A stretch of DNA of 64,000 nt from Elusimicrobiota bacterium (GTDB lineage: Bacteria > Elusimicrobiota > Elusimicrobia > UBA1565), in assembly GCA_016218495.1 (NCBI GenBank), contig JACRDU010000097.1, positions 841 to 64,840 on the forward strand, read 5' to 3'. Positions within the stretch are counted from its first letter, which is position 1. Each line of letters starts with the position of its first letter. A model generated the notes under the pieces. The model was not told the DNA's origin. It did not search any database and saw only the letters and a list, made by a program, of their open reading frames with translations. Both the position numbers and the translations under genes were made by a program. Shown here piece by piece: positions 1-8,976 of this stretch.

Positions 1-1159
1 CCAGCAGCCAGCCCGCCGTCTCCCCGTCGCGCGGGATGGGGGCCCCCGCCTCGAAGCCGGCCGCGTCCAGGACGCCCAGCAGCTCGACGGCCCCCTCGCG
101 CCTGAGCGCCGCGCTGGTGAAGGGCTCGGAGCGCGCCCGGAGCAGGTCGGCCAGCGGCCGGGGCCCGGGGGCGGCGTCCAGCCCGCGCAGCGCCCCCGGC
201 AGCCAGACCGCCTCGGCCGCGTCGCCCCACAGGACGCGCGAGGCCTCGGCGACGGCCTTGCGGGCGGGCTCCAGCTCGGCGGCCGCGTCGAGCCCGCGCT
301 CCAGCTCGCCGAGCAGGCGCTCCAGGCGGGCCTGACGGGCCGACATGAGCCGCCCGGCCGCGCCCACGAAGCGGTCCCACAACGCCGGAAGGCCCACCAG
401 CGCCGCCAGGCTGGCCAGGAACAGGGTGACGAACAGGCTGCCGCCCAGGCGGCGCGTGGCCCACTCCAGGCCCGTGACGGCCAGGCCCAGCAGGCCCGAG
501 GCGGCCAGCAGGATGCCGGCCCGCCGCGCCGCATCGCCCAGGTCGAGCAGATGGTGCTTTTCGACGGCGGCCAGCACCAGGAGCGACCAGGCGACCAACG
601 CGACGTTGGCCACGGCGAGGAACGGCACGCCCAAGGCGGGGAGGAAGTCCGTGAAGCCGCCCAGGACGGCTATCCAGGCCGCCGCCGCCAGATAGCCGCG
701 CCGGTTGCGTTCCGCCGGGTCCTCGGCCCGCCGCCAGTGGACGGTGAGCAGGCCCACCGCGGCCGCGAAGACCGGCAGACCCCCGACGATGAACGCCGCG
801 CGGTACTGCTGCAGCGAGATGCGCCCCGCCCACATCAGGCCGAGCGCCAGATAGCCGGCCAAGTAGAGCGGCACCGTGCGCAGCCGCCGCGCAGCCGGGT
901 CGAGCCCGGCGAAGCTCCAGACGAAGGAGAGCGAGGCGCCCGGCAGCCAGGCCAGCGGGGTGAAGAGCAGCTTCATCCACAGGGGGTCCTCGAAGGACGG
1001 CGCGGCCAGGCAGTAGGCGCCGCTCCACAAGGCGAACGAGAGGCTCATCAGGGCCAGCGCGCGGTAGACCGGGCGGCGCCGGCCGCGCGCCCAGGACAGC
1101 GCGCCGATGACGGCGTTGAGCGCCGCCGACGCCGCGGCCGCGGCGACCGGCCAGGTCAA
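1..1159 (-). CDS. Polytopic membrane sensor-type protein, N-terminal part only (gene continues past the left edge)
   Basis: The minus-strand frame appears open toward position 1 (only ~960-1159 hand-translated), which would explain why it is absent from the closed-ORF track. Hand translation from TTG 1159-1157 gives LTWPVAAAAASAALNAVIGALSWARGRRRPVYRALALMSLSFALWSGAYCLAAPSFEDPLWMKLLF..., i.e. consecutive hydrophobic helices with high GC3. There is a TTGA start/stop overlap with the upstream gene (stop 1158-1156). The exact start codon and the output domain are unknown. Confidence 0.55.
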   Translation of the reverse strand, partial: MTWPVAAAAASAALNAVIGALSWARGRRRPVYRALALMSLSFALWSGAYCLAAPSFEDPLWMKLLFTPLAWLPGASLSFVWSFAGLDPAARRLRTVPLYLAGYLALGLMWAGRISLQQYRAAFIVGGLPVFAAAVGLLTVHWRRAEDPAERNRRGYLAAAAWIAVLGGFTDFLPALGVPFLAVANVALVAWSLLVLAAVEKHHLLDLGDAARRAGILLAASGLLGLAVTGLEWATRRLGGSLFVTLFLASLAALVGLPALWDRFVGAAGRLMSARQARLERLLGELERGLDAAAELEPARKAVAEASRVLWGDAAEAVWLPGALRGLDAAPGPRPLADLLRARSEPFTSAALRREGAVELLGVLDAAGFEAGAPIPRDGETAGWLL

Positions 1160-2169
1160 CGGCTCCCCCGGCGGCCCAGCCCCAGCTCCGCGCGGTACTG
1201 CGTCACCGAGCGGCGCGACAGCGCCACGCCCCGCTCGCGCAGCAGGAGGCACAGCTCGGAATCGGAGAGCTCCGGCCGCGCCGCGGCCAGCTCGGCGAAG
1301 ACGACCTTGGCCAGGTCCTTGGCGCTGGGCATCAAGGCCTTGAGCGGGGCCTCCGTCCCCCATGGGAGGGCGACGGCCTTGTTGGCGGCGAGGCGGTTGA
1401 CCACGCTGGGGTCGGAGCCGATGGCGGCGGCCACCGAACGCTGGGTCAGCGGGACCAGGTCCGCGGGGTCACCGCTGACCAGGAAGCCCTTCTGGGCCTC
1501 CAGCAGGGACTCGAGCACCTTGAGCAAGGTGGCCTTGCGCTTGTCGGTGTGAGTGAGCCGCGCCGCGAAGCGCCGCAGGGTCTCGGCATCGGCCGCCGGC
1601 AGGGCCGCGGCCGCGGCGGCCAGCCCGCGCTCGTCGATGCGCCAGCGCCCCTTCCAGGCCTCCCGGGTGAAGAAGCGCAGCGCCGGGCGGCCGTCCGCGA
1701 CGACGAAGCCGGCCACGACGGAGACGCCCGTCGCCGGGGCGGCCGAGGCGGGGCCGGCCAGCTCCTCGCGCACCCACAGCCGGGTCAGGAAGTCCTCGAG
1801 GCGGGCGGACTCGGCCTCGCTCACTCCGCAGCGCCGCGCCTTCTCCCGGCGCGACAGCCCCGAGCCCTCGAGGAAGCACTCCCGGAAGCGCTCCTGCCCG
1901 ATTCTGCGCAGCAGCACGGACTCCGCCGAAGCGGCGTCGAGCAGCTCGCCCGCTCCCTCGGCGGGTTCGGCCAGCCTCCAGCCCGGGAACCGGCGGGCGG
2001 CGAACGCGGCCTTGCTGAAGGGGGCGAGGGTGAGCACTCCGCAGGCCTTCAGGCGCGCGAAGCTCGGGTCGGCCTCGAGTCCGCGCATCTCGGCCGCGTA
2101 GGCGTCGTCGTCGAGGGAGAGCAGGCGGGCGAGATGCAGACGGCCCGCCAGCGCCCCGCGCTGCCGCAT
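1156..2169 (-). CDS. Short sigma-54 (RpoN)-like protein (~337 aa)
   Basis: This is the tail of ORF 1156..2661. The upstream part of that ORF overlaps gene 2190..3092 and is R/G/P-rich junk, so the start is taken at ATG 2169 (GTG 2187 is also possible). The C-terminus has sigma-54 signatures: DKRKATLLKVLESLLEAQKGFL...LVPLTQRSVAAAIGSDPSVVNRLAANKAV (HTH region) and an RpoN-box-like SRRSVTQYRAELGL. Confidence 0.6.
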   Translation of the reverse strand: MRQRGALAGRLHLARLLSLDDDAYAAEMRGLEADPSFARLKACGVLTLAPFSKAAFAARRFPGWRLAEPAEGAGELLDAASAESVLLRRIGQERFRECFLEGSGLSRREKARRCGVSEAESARLEDFLTRLWVREELAGPASAAPATGVSVVAGFVVADGRPALRFFTREAWKGRWRIDERGLAAAAAALPAADAETLRRFAARLTHTDKRKATLLKVLESLLEAQKGFLVSGDPADLVPLTQRSVAAAIGSDPSVVNRLAANKAVALPWGTEAPLKALMPSAKDLAKVVFAELAAARPELSDSELCLLLRERGVALSRRSVTQYRAELGLGRRGSR

Positions 2170-2189
2170 GCCGAGCGCGGGTCTCACGG

Positions 2190-3092
2190 CTAGTCTTCCA
2201 GGTAGGTGAGGGTGCGCTTGCGCCAGCCCGCCAGCCAGCGCGACTCGCCGCGCCCCGGCGGGGACAATTGGACCCTGCGCTCGAGCACGCGCCTGGCCGC
2301 GGAGGAGAACCCGGCGACGGCCTCTGAGCCGGCCGGGGCGTCCGGCATCTCCGAGAGGACCTGCAGCAAGCCCCAGCCCACGCCCTGATAGCGCTCGCTC
2401 GGGGAGATGCCCTCGCCCTTGAAGTTCACATAGTCCACCAGCGCATAGACCCCGCGCGGGTGGGCCGCGACGGCGTAGAAGCGCGCGCGCAGGGACGCCC
2501 GGTCCGGGGCCGGCGCGCTCTCCAGTATCTTGGGCAGGGCGCCTTCGAGGCGATGCGCGGCGTAGCGCGCCTGCAGGTCCACCGTGCTGCCGAGCAGGGA
2601 GCGCAGCTGGGTCATCCTCTCGGAACGGAACTCGGCCAGGAAGGCCGCGCGGTCCTCCCAAGGACAGCCCCGCGCCTCGGCCAGCCAGTCGGGCACCTGC
2701 GCGTCATTGACGATGAGGAAGGAGAGCAGGCCCGGGAAGCTCTCAAAGAAGGGGCCGCGGCGTCTCTCCGGATACCAGATGAAATGGGCGATGCCCAAAG
2801 ACGCGAACGCCTCGCCGGGGTTCCAGTGGGTGAGCCCGTCCACCGTCCCCCCGCTTTCGTTGCGCCAGATGAGCAGGCCCACGCGCAGAGCCTCCTCGGG
2901 CGAGAGCCGGATGGTGTCGCCCAGCACGCGGCCGGGCGGAAGCTCGGGGACGTCGAAACTGGGCATGCGCGCCGGGACCAGCGTCCACGGGAGCGTGGGC
3001 GCGGGAAGACCTGCAGCTGGACTGGCCGGCCTCGCCGCGAGCACAAAAAAAGCCAGCAGAGCCGCGGCGAGCGGCCGTCTTGCCGGCGTCAT
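2190..3092 (-). CDS. Secreted hypothetical protein (signal peptide)
   Basis: Tail of ORF 2190..3419. The internal ATG at 3092 gives MTPARRPLAAALLAFFVLAARPASPAAG (signal-peptide-like), followed by a well-composed 270-aa body (…IWRNESGGTVDGLTHWNPGEAFASLGIAHFIWYP…). I do not recognise the family. Confidence 0.6.
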   Translation of the reverse strand: MTPARRPLAAALLAFFVLAARPASPAAGLPAPTLPWTLVPARMPSFDVPELPPGRVLGDTIRLSPEEALRVGLLIWRNESGGTVDGLTHWNPGEAFASLGIAHFIWYPERRRGPFFESFPGLLSFLIVNDAQVPDWLAEARGCPWEDRAAFLAEFRSERMTQLRSLLGSTVDLQARYAAHRLEGALPKILESAPAPDRASLRARFYAVAAHPRGVYALVDYVNFKGEGISPSERYQGVGWGLLQVLSEMPDAPAGSEAVAGFSSAARRVLERRVQLSPPGRGESRWLAGWRKRTLTYLED

Positions 3093-3120
3093 TGCGATGA
3101 GTATAGCAGGGTTTTTCGGC

Positions 3121-3157
3121 CTGTCAAGGAGGCGGCGCTCCCCTATAAATATACAAT
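3121..3157 (+). promoter_or_regulatory. Sigma-70-like promoter candidate just upstream of the protease ATG
   Basis: CTGTCA (3121-3126), 17 nt, TATAAA (3144-3149), and an overlapping TACAAT (3152-3157) only 5 nt before ATG 3163. This is an AT-rich island in a GC-rich intergenic region with no Shine-Dalgarno sequence. Confidence 0.3.
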
Positions 3158-3162
3158 CCCCC

Positions 3163-4548
3163 ATGCGAACACTCCTGCTCCCCCTCCTCCTCTGCGCCCC
3201 GGCCTCGGCCGAGATCCCTTCGGACATGGTCGCCAAGCTCAAGCCCGGCGTCGTCAACATCGAGATCTCCGTGCAGCACGGCCTCAACGCCGAGAACTCG
3301 GGCAAGCGCGGCGGGACCGGCTTCATCGTGGACGCCGAGCGGGGCATCATCGCGACCAACCGCCACGTCGTCGGAACGAGCCCGGGGCGCATCAAGATCG
3401 TCTTCGAGGACGGCTCCACCGCCGAGGCCAGGCACTGGTACTACGACGCCTGGCACGACTTCGCCTTCATCAAGCTCGAGCCCGGAGCGTCCCGCCCGGC
3501 GCTGAAGGCCCTCGCCCTCGGGGACTCCTTCAAGCTCAAGGAGCAGGAGGACGTGCTCCTCATCGGCAACAACGACGCCCAGGAGTACTCGGTCAAGTTC
3601 GGCAAGACCGCCAACCTGTGGCTGTGCCGCGACCGCCGCCACTCGGCCACCATCCAGACCACCTTCGACCGGGCCGGAGGCTCCTCGGGCTCCCCGGTCT
3701 TCAACGCCGCCGGCGAGGTCGTCGCCATCCATTTCGCGGGGACGGACACCACGAGCTTCGAGATGCGCGTCGAATACCTCAAGGACGCGCTGGCCCAGTT
3801 GCTCAAGGACGGGACGGTCCGCCGCGGGGAGATCGGCGTGGACCTCGACACCCTGCTCATCTCCGACGCGCAGAAGCACTTCCGCCTGCCCCCCCAGGCC
3901 GCCAAGGACCTGGCAGCGCTGCGCCCCGACATCAAGCGCGTTGCCGTCATCGACACCGTCTCGCCCCGCTCCCCCGCGTCGGGACGCTTCATCCCGGGCG
4001 ACATCGTGTTGAAGGTGAACGGCCGCTGGATAGGAGACGACATCTACCTCTTCGACAAGCTGGTCGACGAAAAGGCCGGCGGCAAGGTCACGGTCGAGTT
4101 GATGCGCAACGGCCGTTCCATCACCCTGACGCTGACCGTCCGGGACGCCGAAGCCGACAAGATTCGCCGCTTCGCCCTATTCGCCGGAGGGGTTGTCCAC
4201 GAGACCACCCTCGACCAGCGCCTGGGCCTCAACATCGAGGGCGAGGGCGTGTTCATGCCGCAGGCGGAGAAGGGCTCCTCCTTCGCCGACCTGGGCCGGG
4301 AAGGTTCTCCGACCAAGTACCTGGTCCTCATCGAGAGCGTCAACGGCATCCCGACGCCGGACCTGGACGGCTTCATCAAGGCGGTCTCCCCGCTCCAGGA
4401 CGGGGACCAGATCTATGTGAACGTGTCCGACCGCTGGCGCACGCAATCCAACTCCCAGTCGCGCCCTGTGCGGCTCGACCTCAAGTACTTCCCGCTGCGC
4501 ATCTACGAGTGGTCGGCCAAGGACCTGGAGTGGACAGCCCGGCCCTAG
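3163..4548 (+). CDS. Secreted trypsin-like serine protease with PDZ-like C-terminal region (S1C/HtrA-Nma111-like)
   Basis: Internal ATG of ORF 2584..4548. The product starts MRTLLLPLLLCAPASAEIP (signal peptide). Catalytic-triad contexts are present: ATNRHVV (His), WHDFAFIKL (Asp) and GGSSGSPVF (Ser). The downstream GDIVLKVNG motif is typical of PDZ domains. Confidence 0.85.
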   Translation: MRTLLLPLLLCAPASAEIPSDMVAKLKPGVVNIEISVQHGLNAENSGKRGGTGFIVDAERGIIATNRHVVGTSPGRIKIVFEDGSTAEARHWYYDAWHDFAFIKLEPGASRPALKALALGDSFKLKEQEDVLLIGNNDAQEYSVKFGKTANLWLCRDRRHSATIQTTFDRAGGSSGSPVFNAAGEVVAIHFAGTDTTSFEMRVEYLKDALAQLLKDGTVRRGEIGVDLDTLLISDAQKHFRLPPQAAKDLAALRPDIKRVAVIDTVSPRSPASGRFIPGDIVLKVNGRWIGDDIYLFDKLVDEKAGGKVTVELMRNGRSITLTLTVRDAEADKIRRFALFAGGVVHETTLDQRLGLNIEGEGVFMPQAEKGSSFADLGREGSPTKYLVLIESVNGIPTPDLDGFIKAVSPLQDGDQIYVNVSDRWRTQSNSQSRPVRLDLKYFPLRIYEWSAKDLEWTARP

Positions 4549-5240
4549 GCGTCTTTCAGCCTGACGCCGGCGTCTTCGCGTTCCAAGCGGACTCCCAGCC
4601 GTTCGAGCCGGGAACCCAGGCCGGAGAGCTCCTGCTCCACATGGTCGGGCGACAGCACCTGCCCCTTCGCCGCCAATGCCGCGCCCAGGGCGGCCGGCGT
4701 CGACGCATTCCCGGGAGAGCGGACCAGGGCCTCGAGCATGTCGAACTGCGCCCGCGTCAGCGACGCCGCGGCGGTGCCGGCCGTGACCAGCCGGCCGACG
4801 AGGTCGAGCCGCAGGCCGCGGCCGAAGCCCAGGACGCTCGTCGCGCCCTCCTCCGCCCGCCAGCCGGCCCGGCGCAGGAGGCCCCGGGCCCGCGCCGAGA
4901 AGACCGGGCCGAGGAACGGCTTGCAGTAGCAGTCGTCGGCTCCCGCGTCGAGGACTCCGGCGGCTGCCCCCGCGTCCAAAGTCTCGTCTACGACCAGGAT
5001 GCGGGACTTTCCTCCCAAGGGATGGGCGCGGACCGCCGCCACGGCAGAGTCTAGTTCCGGGCGCCCCAGGGCATCCAGGATGAAAAGCTCCGTGCGCTCG
5101 CCCTCCCCCAGGCCCGCCTCGAAGGCGCGGCGCGCCGCCCCCCAGTCCGGGGATTCGACGACGTGCAGGCCGTAGAGCTCCAGGGCCTTGGCGCAGCGTC
5201 CCCGGAAGCGGGGCTCGCCGCACACGATGGCGACGCGCAT
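4545..5240 (-). CDS. OmpR-family response regulator with atypical receiver
   Basis: ORF 4545..5249 (TTG); the likelier start is ATG 5240 (MRVAIVCGEP). It has a receiver-like fold with FILDA and CYCKPF, and a C-terminal winged-helix-like region (LTRAQFDMLEALVRSPG). The usual acidic DD/DE pair after beta-1 is replaced by CGE. Confidence 0.65.
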   Translation of the reverse strand: MRVAIVCGEPRFRGRCAKALELYGLHVVESPDWGAARRAFEAGLGEGERTELFILDALGRPELDSAVAAVRAHPLGGKSRILVVDETLDAGAAAGVLDAGADDCYCKPFLGPVFSARARGLLRRAGWRAEEGATSVLGFGRGLRLDLVGRLVTAGTAAASLTRAQFDMLEALVRSPGNASTPAALGAALAAKGQVLSPDHVEQELSGLGSRLERLGVRLEREDAGVRLKDA

Positions 5241-5267
5241 GATTTTCAAATGATATGCTTCGGGCGG

Positions 5268-5636
5268 ATGCCTGGCAAGACAATTCTCGTCGTCGAGGAC
5301 GACGAATCCCTAGCGGACCTCATCACCGCCGTCCTCACCGGGGCCGGTTATGGCGTCCGGCGCGCGGGGGATTCCATCCAGGGCCTGATGCTGGCCCACC
5401 AGCTCAAGCCCGACCTGATCGTCCTGGACTTCATGCTCCCGGGCGGCGGCGGGAAGGCCGTGCACAGCGGCGTGCGGCTCTCGGGGCTGACCGCGCACAC
5501 CCCGGTGGTGCTGCTGACCTCGGTGGCCGAAGAGCAGGTGATGAAGGCCATCGACTACGACGCGAACACCTACTACCTGGGCAAGCCCTACCAGAACGCC
5601 GTGCTGCTGAACCTGCTCAAGCAGGTCCTGGGCTAG
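5268..5636 (+). CDS. Single-domain CheY-like response regulator
   Basis: Internal ATG of ORF 5163..5636. The product reads MPGKTILVVEDDESLADLI...DLIVLDFMLPGGGG...YYLGKPY, which carries the canonical receiver motifs. Confidence 0.8.
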   Translation: MPGKTILVVEDDESLADLITAVLTGAGYGVRRAGDSIQGLMLAHQLKPDLIVLDFMLPGGGGKAVHSGVRLSGLTAHTPVVLLTSVAEEQVMKAIDYDANTYYLGKPYQNAVLLNLLKQVLG

Positions 5637-6331
5637 GCGACCGGGTGGCCGCCGCCGTGGCGGATGTCTTTGCCGAGGACCATGAAGACCACGTCCTCGG
5701 CCACGTTGGTGGCGTGGTCGGCGATGCGCTCGAGGTTGCGCGAGACGAGGATGTGGTCGAGCCCGCGCTGGATGGTGGAGGAGTCGGCCTGCATCAGGGC
5801 CACCAGCTCGTTGAAGGTCTGGGATTTCAGCCGGTCTTCCTCGTCGTCGCGGCGGATGACGGAATTCGCCAGTTCCACATCGCCCCTCGTGAAGGAATCC
5901 AGGGCGTCCTTGAGCATCCCCGAAGCCAGCTCGGCCATGCGCGGGATGTCGCCCAGGCGCATCGGCGGCTGCTTCGCCAGATAGGCGCTGGTCTCCCCGA
6001 TGTTCACCGCCTGGTCCCCGATGCGCTCCAGGTCCGAGTTGATCTTTAACGCGGCGGCCACGACGCGGAGGTCGCCGGCCGCGGGCTGGTGGAGGGCCAG
6101 GGTCCTGAGGCAGAGTTCGTCGAGCTCGATATGGAGGCGGTTGACCCGCTCCTCGTCGTCCTGGAGCCTTCGCATCAGCCCCTCGTCGTAGGAATTGAGA
6201 AGCTTCACGGCGAAGTGGATCATCTCCTCGCAGAGCCCGCCCATCGTCAGCAACGTCTGCCGGACGGCGGACAAGTCCTCGTCGATATGGCGCTTCATGG
6301 CTGAAGCCGATTCTAGCAAAGGCCCGCTCAC
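5633..6331 (-). CDS. phoU: Phosphate signalling/transport accessory protein PhoU
   Basis: 232-aa ORF with two PhoU repeats (…[15 protein letters not shown]… and …[18 protein letters not shown]…). The GTG start at 6331 overlaps the pstB stop (GTGA); ATG 6298 is an alternative start. Confidence 0.92.
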   Translation of the reverse strand: MSGPLLESASAMKRHIDEDLSAVRQTLLTMGGLCEEMIHFAVKLLNSYDEGLMRRLQDDEERVNRLHIELDELCLRTLALHQPAAGDLRVVAAALKINSDLERIGDQAVNIGETSAYLAKQPPMRLGDIPRMAELASGMLKDALDSFTRGDVELANSVIRRDDEEDRLKSQTFNELVALMQADSSTIQRGLDHILVSRNLERIADHATNVAEDVVFMVLGKDIRHGGGHPVA

Positions 6332-7164
6332 CCGAACCTCCCCGTGATGTAGTCCTCGGTGCGCTTGTCCCGGGGACGAGTGAACAGCTGCTGGGTGGCG
6401 CCCTGCTCCACGAGCTCGCCCATCAGCATGAAGACCGTCCGGTCCGAGACTCGGGCCGCCTGCTGCATGTTATGGGTGACGATGACGATGGTGAGCCGTT
6501 CGCGCAGCTGCAAGACCAGCTCCTCGATGCGCGCGGTGGCGATGGGGTCGAGCGCAGAACAAGGCTCGTCCAACAGCAGCACCCGCGGCTCCACGGCCAG
6601 CGCGCGCGCGATGCACAGGCGCTGCTGCTGGCCGCCCGAGAGCCCGGTGGCGGGGGCCTTGAGCCTGTCCTTCACCTCGTCCCAGAGCGCGGCCTTGCGC
6701 AGGCTGTCTTCGACCCGGCGCGCGACCAGCCCGCGGTCCGTCACGCCGGCCAAGGTCAGGCCGGCCGCGACGTTGCCCTCGATGGACATGGTCGGGAAGG
6801 GGTTCGGCCGCTGGAACACCATCCCCACATGGCGGCGCAGCTCGACGGGGTCCATCGCGAAGATGTCGGCGCCGTCGAGGGTCACATCCCCCCGGCAGGT
6901 CGCCGCCCGGGCCGTCTCGTGCATGCGGTTGAGGCAGCGGATGAAAGTGGACTTGCCGCAGCCCGACGGGCCGATGATGGCCGTCACCGAGTTCTCCGGC
7001 ACGCCCAGCGTGACGCCGCGCACGGCGTCGCCCGCCCCGTAGCCCGCATAGAGCTCCGCGACCGCCATGACCGTCTTTCCGGCCGCCTGCGCCCGCGCGG
7101 AGGCGGACACCTCGGGGCGGGGTGGAACGATGTGCTTGGGCTCCGTCGTCATCACGCTCTCCAT
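6328..7164 (-). CDS. pstB: Phosphate ABC transporter ATP-binding protein PstB
   Basis: Tail of ORF 6328..7950. It has Walker [10 protein letters not shown], the signature [14 protein letters not shown] and Walker B LLLDEP. The start at ATG 7164 overlaps the pstA stop (ATGA); ATG 7152 is also possible. Confidence 0.95.
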   Translation of the reverse strand: MESVMTTEPKHIVPPRPEVSASARAQAAGKTVMAVAELYAGYGAGDAVRGVTLGVPENSVTAIIGPSGCGKSTFIRCLNRMHETARAATCRGDVTLDGADIFAMDPVELRRHVGMVFQRPNPFPTMSIEGNVAAGLTLAGVTDRGLVARRVEDSLRKAALWDEVKDRLKAPATGLSGGQQQRLCIARALAVEPRVLLLDEPCSALDPIATARIEELVLQLRERLTIVIVTHNMQQAARVSDRTVFMLMGELVEQGATQQLFTRPRDKRTEDYITGRFG

Positions 7165-8009
7165 CAGTGTTGGGCTCCGGCCGCGGGCCTGAGCAGGAAC
7201 CGCGCGGTCACGTTCACGGCCAGGACGAACATCAGGAGGAGGCAGGCCGCCGCCCAGGCCTGGGCATGCCAGTCGGCGTAGGGGGCGATGGCGTAGGTGT
7301 AGATGGTGTGGGGCAGGGTGGCCACAGGCTGGAGCATCCCGGAATCCCAGTAGCGGTTGCCGAAGGCGGTGAAGATGAGCGGAGCCGTCTCTCCAGATAC
7401 CCGGGCCAGCGCCAGCAGGCAGGCCGTGATGATGCCGCGGGCGGCCGTGGGCAGGACGACCCTGAGGACGACCTTCCAGCGCGGCAGGCCAAGGGCCAGG
7501 GCGGCCTCGCGCACGCTGTCCGGGACCTGGCGGATGAAGTCCTCGGAGGTGCGCAGGACCATCGGGATGAGGATGGCGGCCAGGGCGACGCTGCCGGCCA
7601 GGCCGGAGAAGTGGCGCAGGGGAAGCACCACGACGGAGTAGGCGAAGATGCCCATCACGATGGACGGAACGCCGTTGACGACGTCGGCCGCGTAGCGGAT
7701 CCAGAACGCGGATTTCGAGCCGCCATACTCGGCCAAGTACAGCGCCCCGGCCACCCCCACCGGGATGCCGAAGACCCCGGCCAAGCCGACCACCTTGAGG
7801 CTGCCGACGATGGAGTTGGCGATGCCGCCTCCCGTCTCCCCGACCGGCTGGGGAAGGCGCGTCAAGAAATCCAAGCTGAGCGCGCCGAAGCCCTTCGCGG
7901 CGATGTAGCCCAGGATGGCGAACAGGAAGGAGAGCGAGACCACGGCGCAAAGGCCGCAGAGGGTGAACATGGCGGCGTTGACGGCGCCGCGCCGGGACCG
8001 GACGCTCAT
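7164..8009 (-). CDS. pstA: Phosphate ABC transporter permease PstA
   Basis: Tail of ORF 7164..9074, starting at ATG 8009 ([19 protein letters not shown]…). It is a multi-TM permease with the EAA-like loop [19 protein letters not shown] overlap with the pstC stop. Confidence 0.93.
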   Translation of the reverse strand: MSVRSRRGAVNAAMFTLCGLCAVVSLSFLFAILGYIAAKGFGALSLDFLTRLPQPVGETGGGIANSIVGSLKVVGLAGVFGIPVGVAGALYLAEYGGSKSAFWIRYAADVVNGVPSIVMGIFAYSVVVLPLRHFSGLAGSVALAAILIPMVLRTSEDFIRQVPDSVREAALALGLPRWKVVLRVVLPTAARGIITACLLALARVSGETAPLIFTAFGNRYWDSGMLQPVATLPHTIYTYAIAPYADWHAQAWAAACLLLMFVLAVNVTARFLLRPAAGAQH

Positions 8010-8971
8010 GCGCTCCTCCGCGTCACCCGGGCGATGAGCAGCCGCGCCAGGCCGTTGATGACGATGGTGACGCCGAAGAGGGCCAGGCCCACGGCGACGA
8101 GGGCGTGCAGGTAGGCGTCCGAGGTGGCCTCGGCGAACTCGTTGGCGATGACGGCCGCCATCGTGTAGCCCGGGGCGAAGAGCGACCAGGAGACCTTCGG
8201 GGTGTTGCCGATGACCATCGTCACCGCCATGGTCTCGCCGAGGGCGCGCCCCAAGGCGAGGAACACCGCCCCCACGATGCCGTCGCGGGCGTAGGGCAGG
8301 GACACCCCGCGCACCACCTCCCAGCGCGTGGCGCCCAGGGCCAGCATGGCCTCCTTGAGCGGCATCGGCACGCCGAGGAGCACCTCCCGGGAGATGCTGG
8401 TGATGTAGGGCAGGACCATCACCGATAGGATGAGGGCCGCCGAGAGCATGCCCACGCCGTAGGCATGGCCCTGGAAGAAAGGCAGGAAGCCCAGCCAGCG
8501 CGCCAGCGCGGGCTCGACGGCGCGGACGGCCGGGACGAGTACGAAGACGCCCATCAGCCCCAGCACCACGCTGGGCACCGCCGCCAGGAGCTCTATGAGG
8601 AAGGTGGCCGCGTCCGAAATGCGCCGCGGGGCCAGCTCGGCGAGGAAGATGGCCGAACCTACGCCCAGCGGGACGGAGATGGCCAGGGCCAGGAAGGAGG
8701 AGTAGAGGGTGCCGAACAGGAAGGGCCAGGCCCCGAAGCTCTCCTCGACGGGGTCCCAGGTGCTCGACCAGAGGAAGCGCAGCCCCTCGGCCTTCCAAGC
8801 CAGCCGGGAGTTCCAGGCCAGCTCGGCGCCGATGGCGGCGGCCAGGAGCAGGATGACGGCCGCGGCCGCGAAGACCGCATGCCGGAACCGGCGGTCCCCC
8901 GGCCCCTCGACCGGAGACAGCCGGGGCCGGGGAGGCGCGGGGGACGGGGCTTCGGCGAGACCGGCGCTCAT
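8006..8971 (-). CDS. pstC: Phosphate ABC transporter permease PstC
   Basis: Tail of ORF 8006..9877, starting at ATG 8971 ([10 protein letters not shown]…). It is a multi-TM permease with [15 protein letters not shown], and its position between pstS and pstA fits. Confidence 0.93.
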   Translation of the reverse strand: MSAGLAEAPSPAPPRPRLSPVEGPGDRRFRHAVFAAAAVILLLAAAIGAELAWNSRLAWKAEGLRFLWSSTWDPVEESFGAWPFLFGTLYSSFLALAISVPLGVGSAIFLAELAPRRISDAATFLIELLAAVPSVVLGLMGVFVLVPAVRAVEPALARWLGFLPFFQGHAYGVGMLSAALILSVMVLPYITSISREVLLGVPMPLKEAMLALGATRWEVVRGVSLPYARDGIVGAVFLALGRALGETMAVTMVIGNTPKVSWSLFAPGYTMAAVIANEFAEATSDAYLHALVAVGLALFGVTIVINGLARLLIARVTRRSA

Positions 8972-8976
8972 GTCGG

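Noticed and set aside
1156-2661. The full 501-aa version of the sigma-54-like ORF.
   Set aside because: Its N-terminal ~165 residues overlap the C-terminal half of the well-supported secreted-protein gene (2190-3092) in a different frame and are Arg/Gly/Pro-rich. Start candidates at 2169 or 2187 lie just after that gene's stop.
2460-5054. Long plus-strand ORFs of 864 aa (2460..5054) and 654 aa (2584..4548) spanning several genes.
   Set aside because: Only the last 461 codons of 2584..4548 (from ATG 3163) look like a real protein (signal peptide plus S1 protease). The remainder and the 864-aa frame are R/G/P/A-rich junk overlapping the minus-strand genes at 2190-3092 and 4545-5240.
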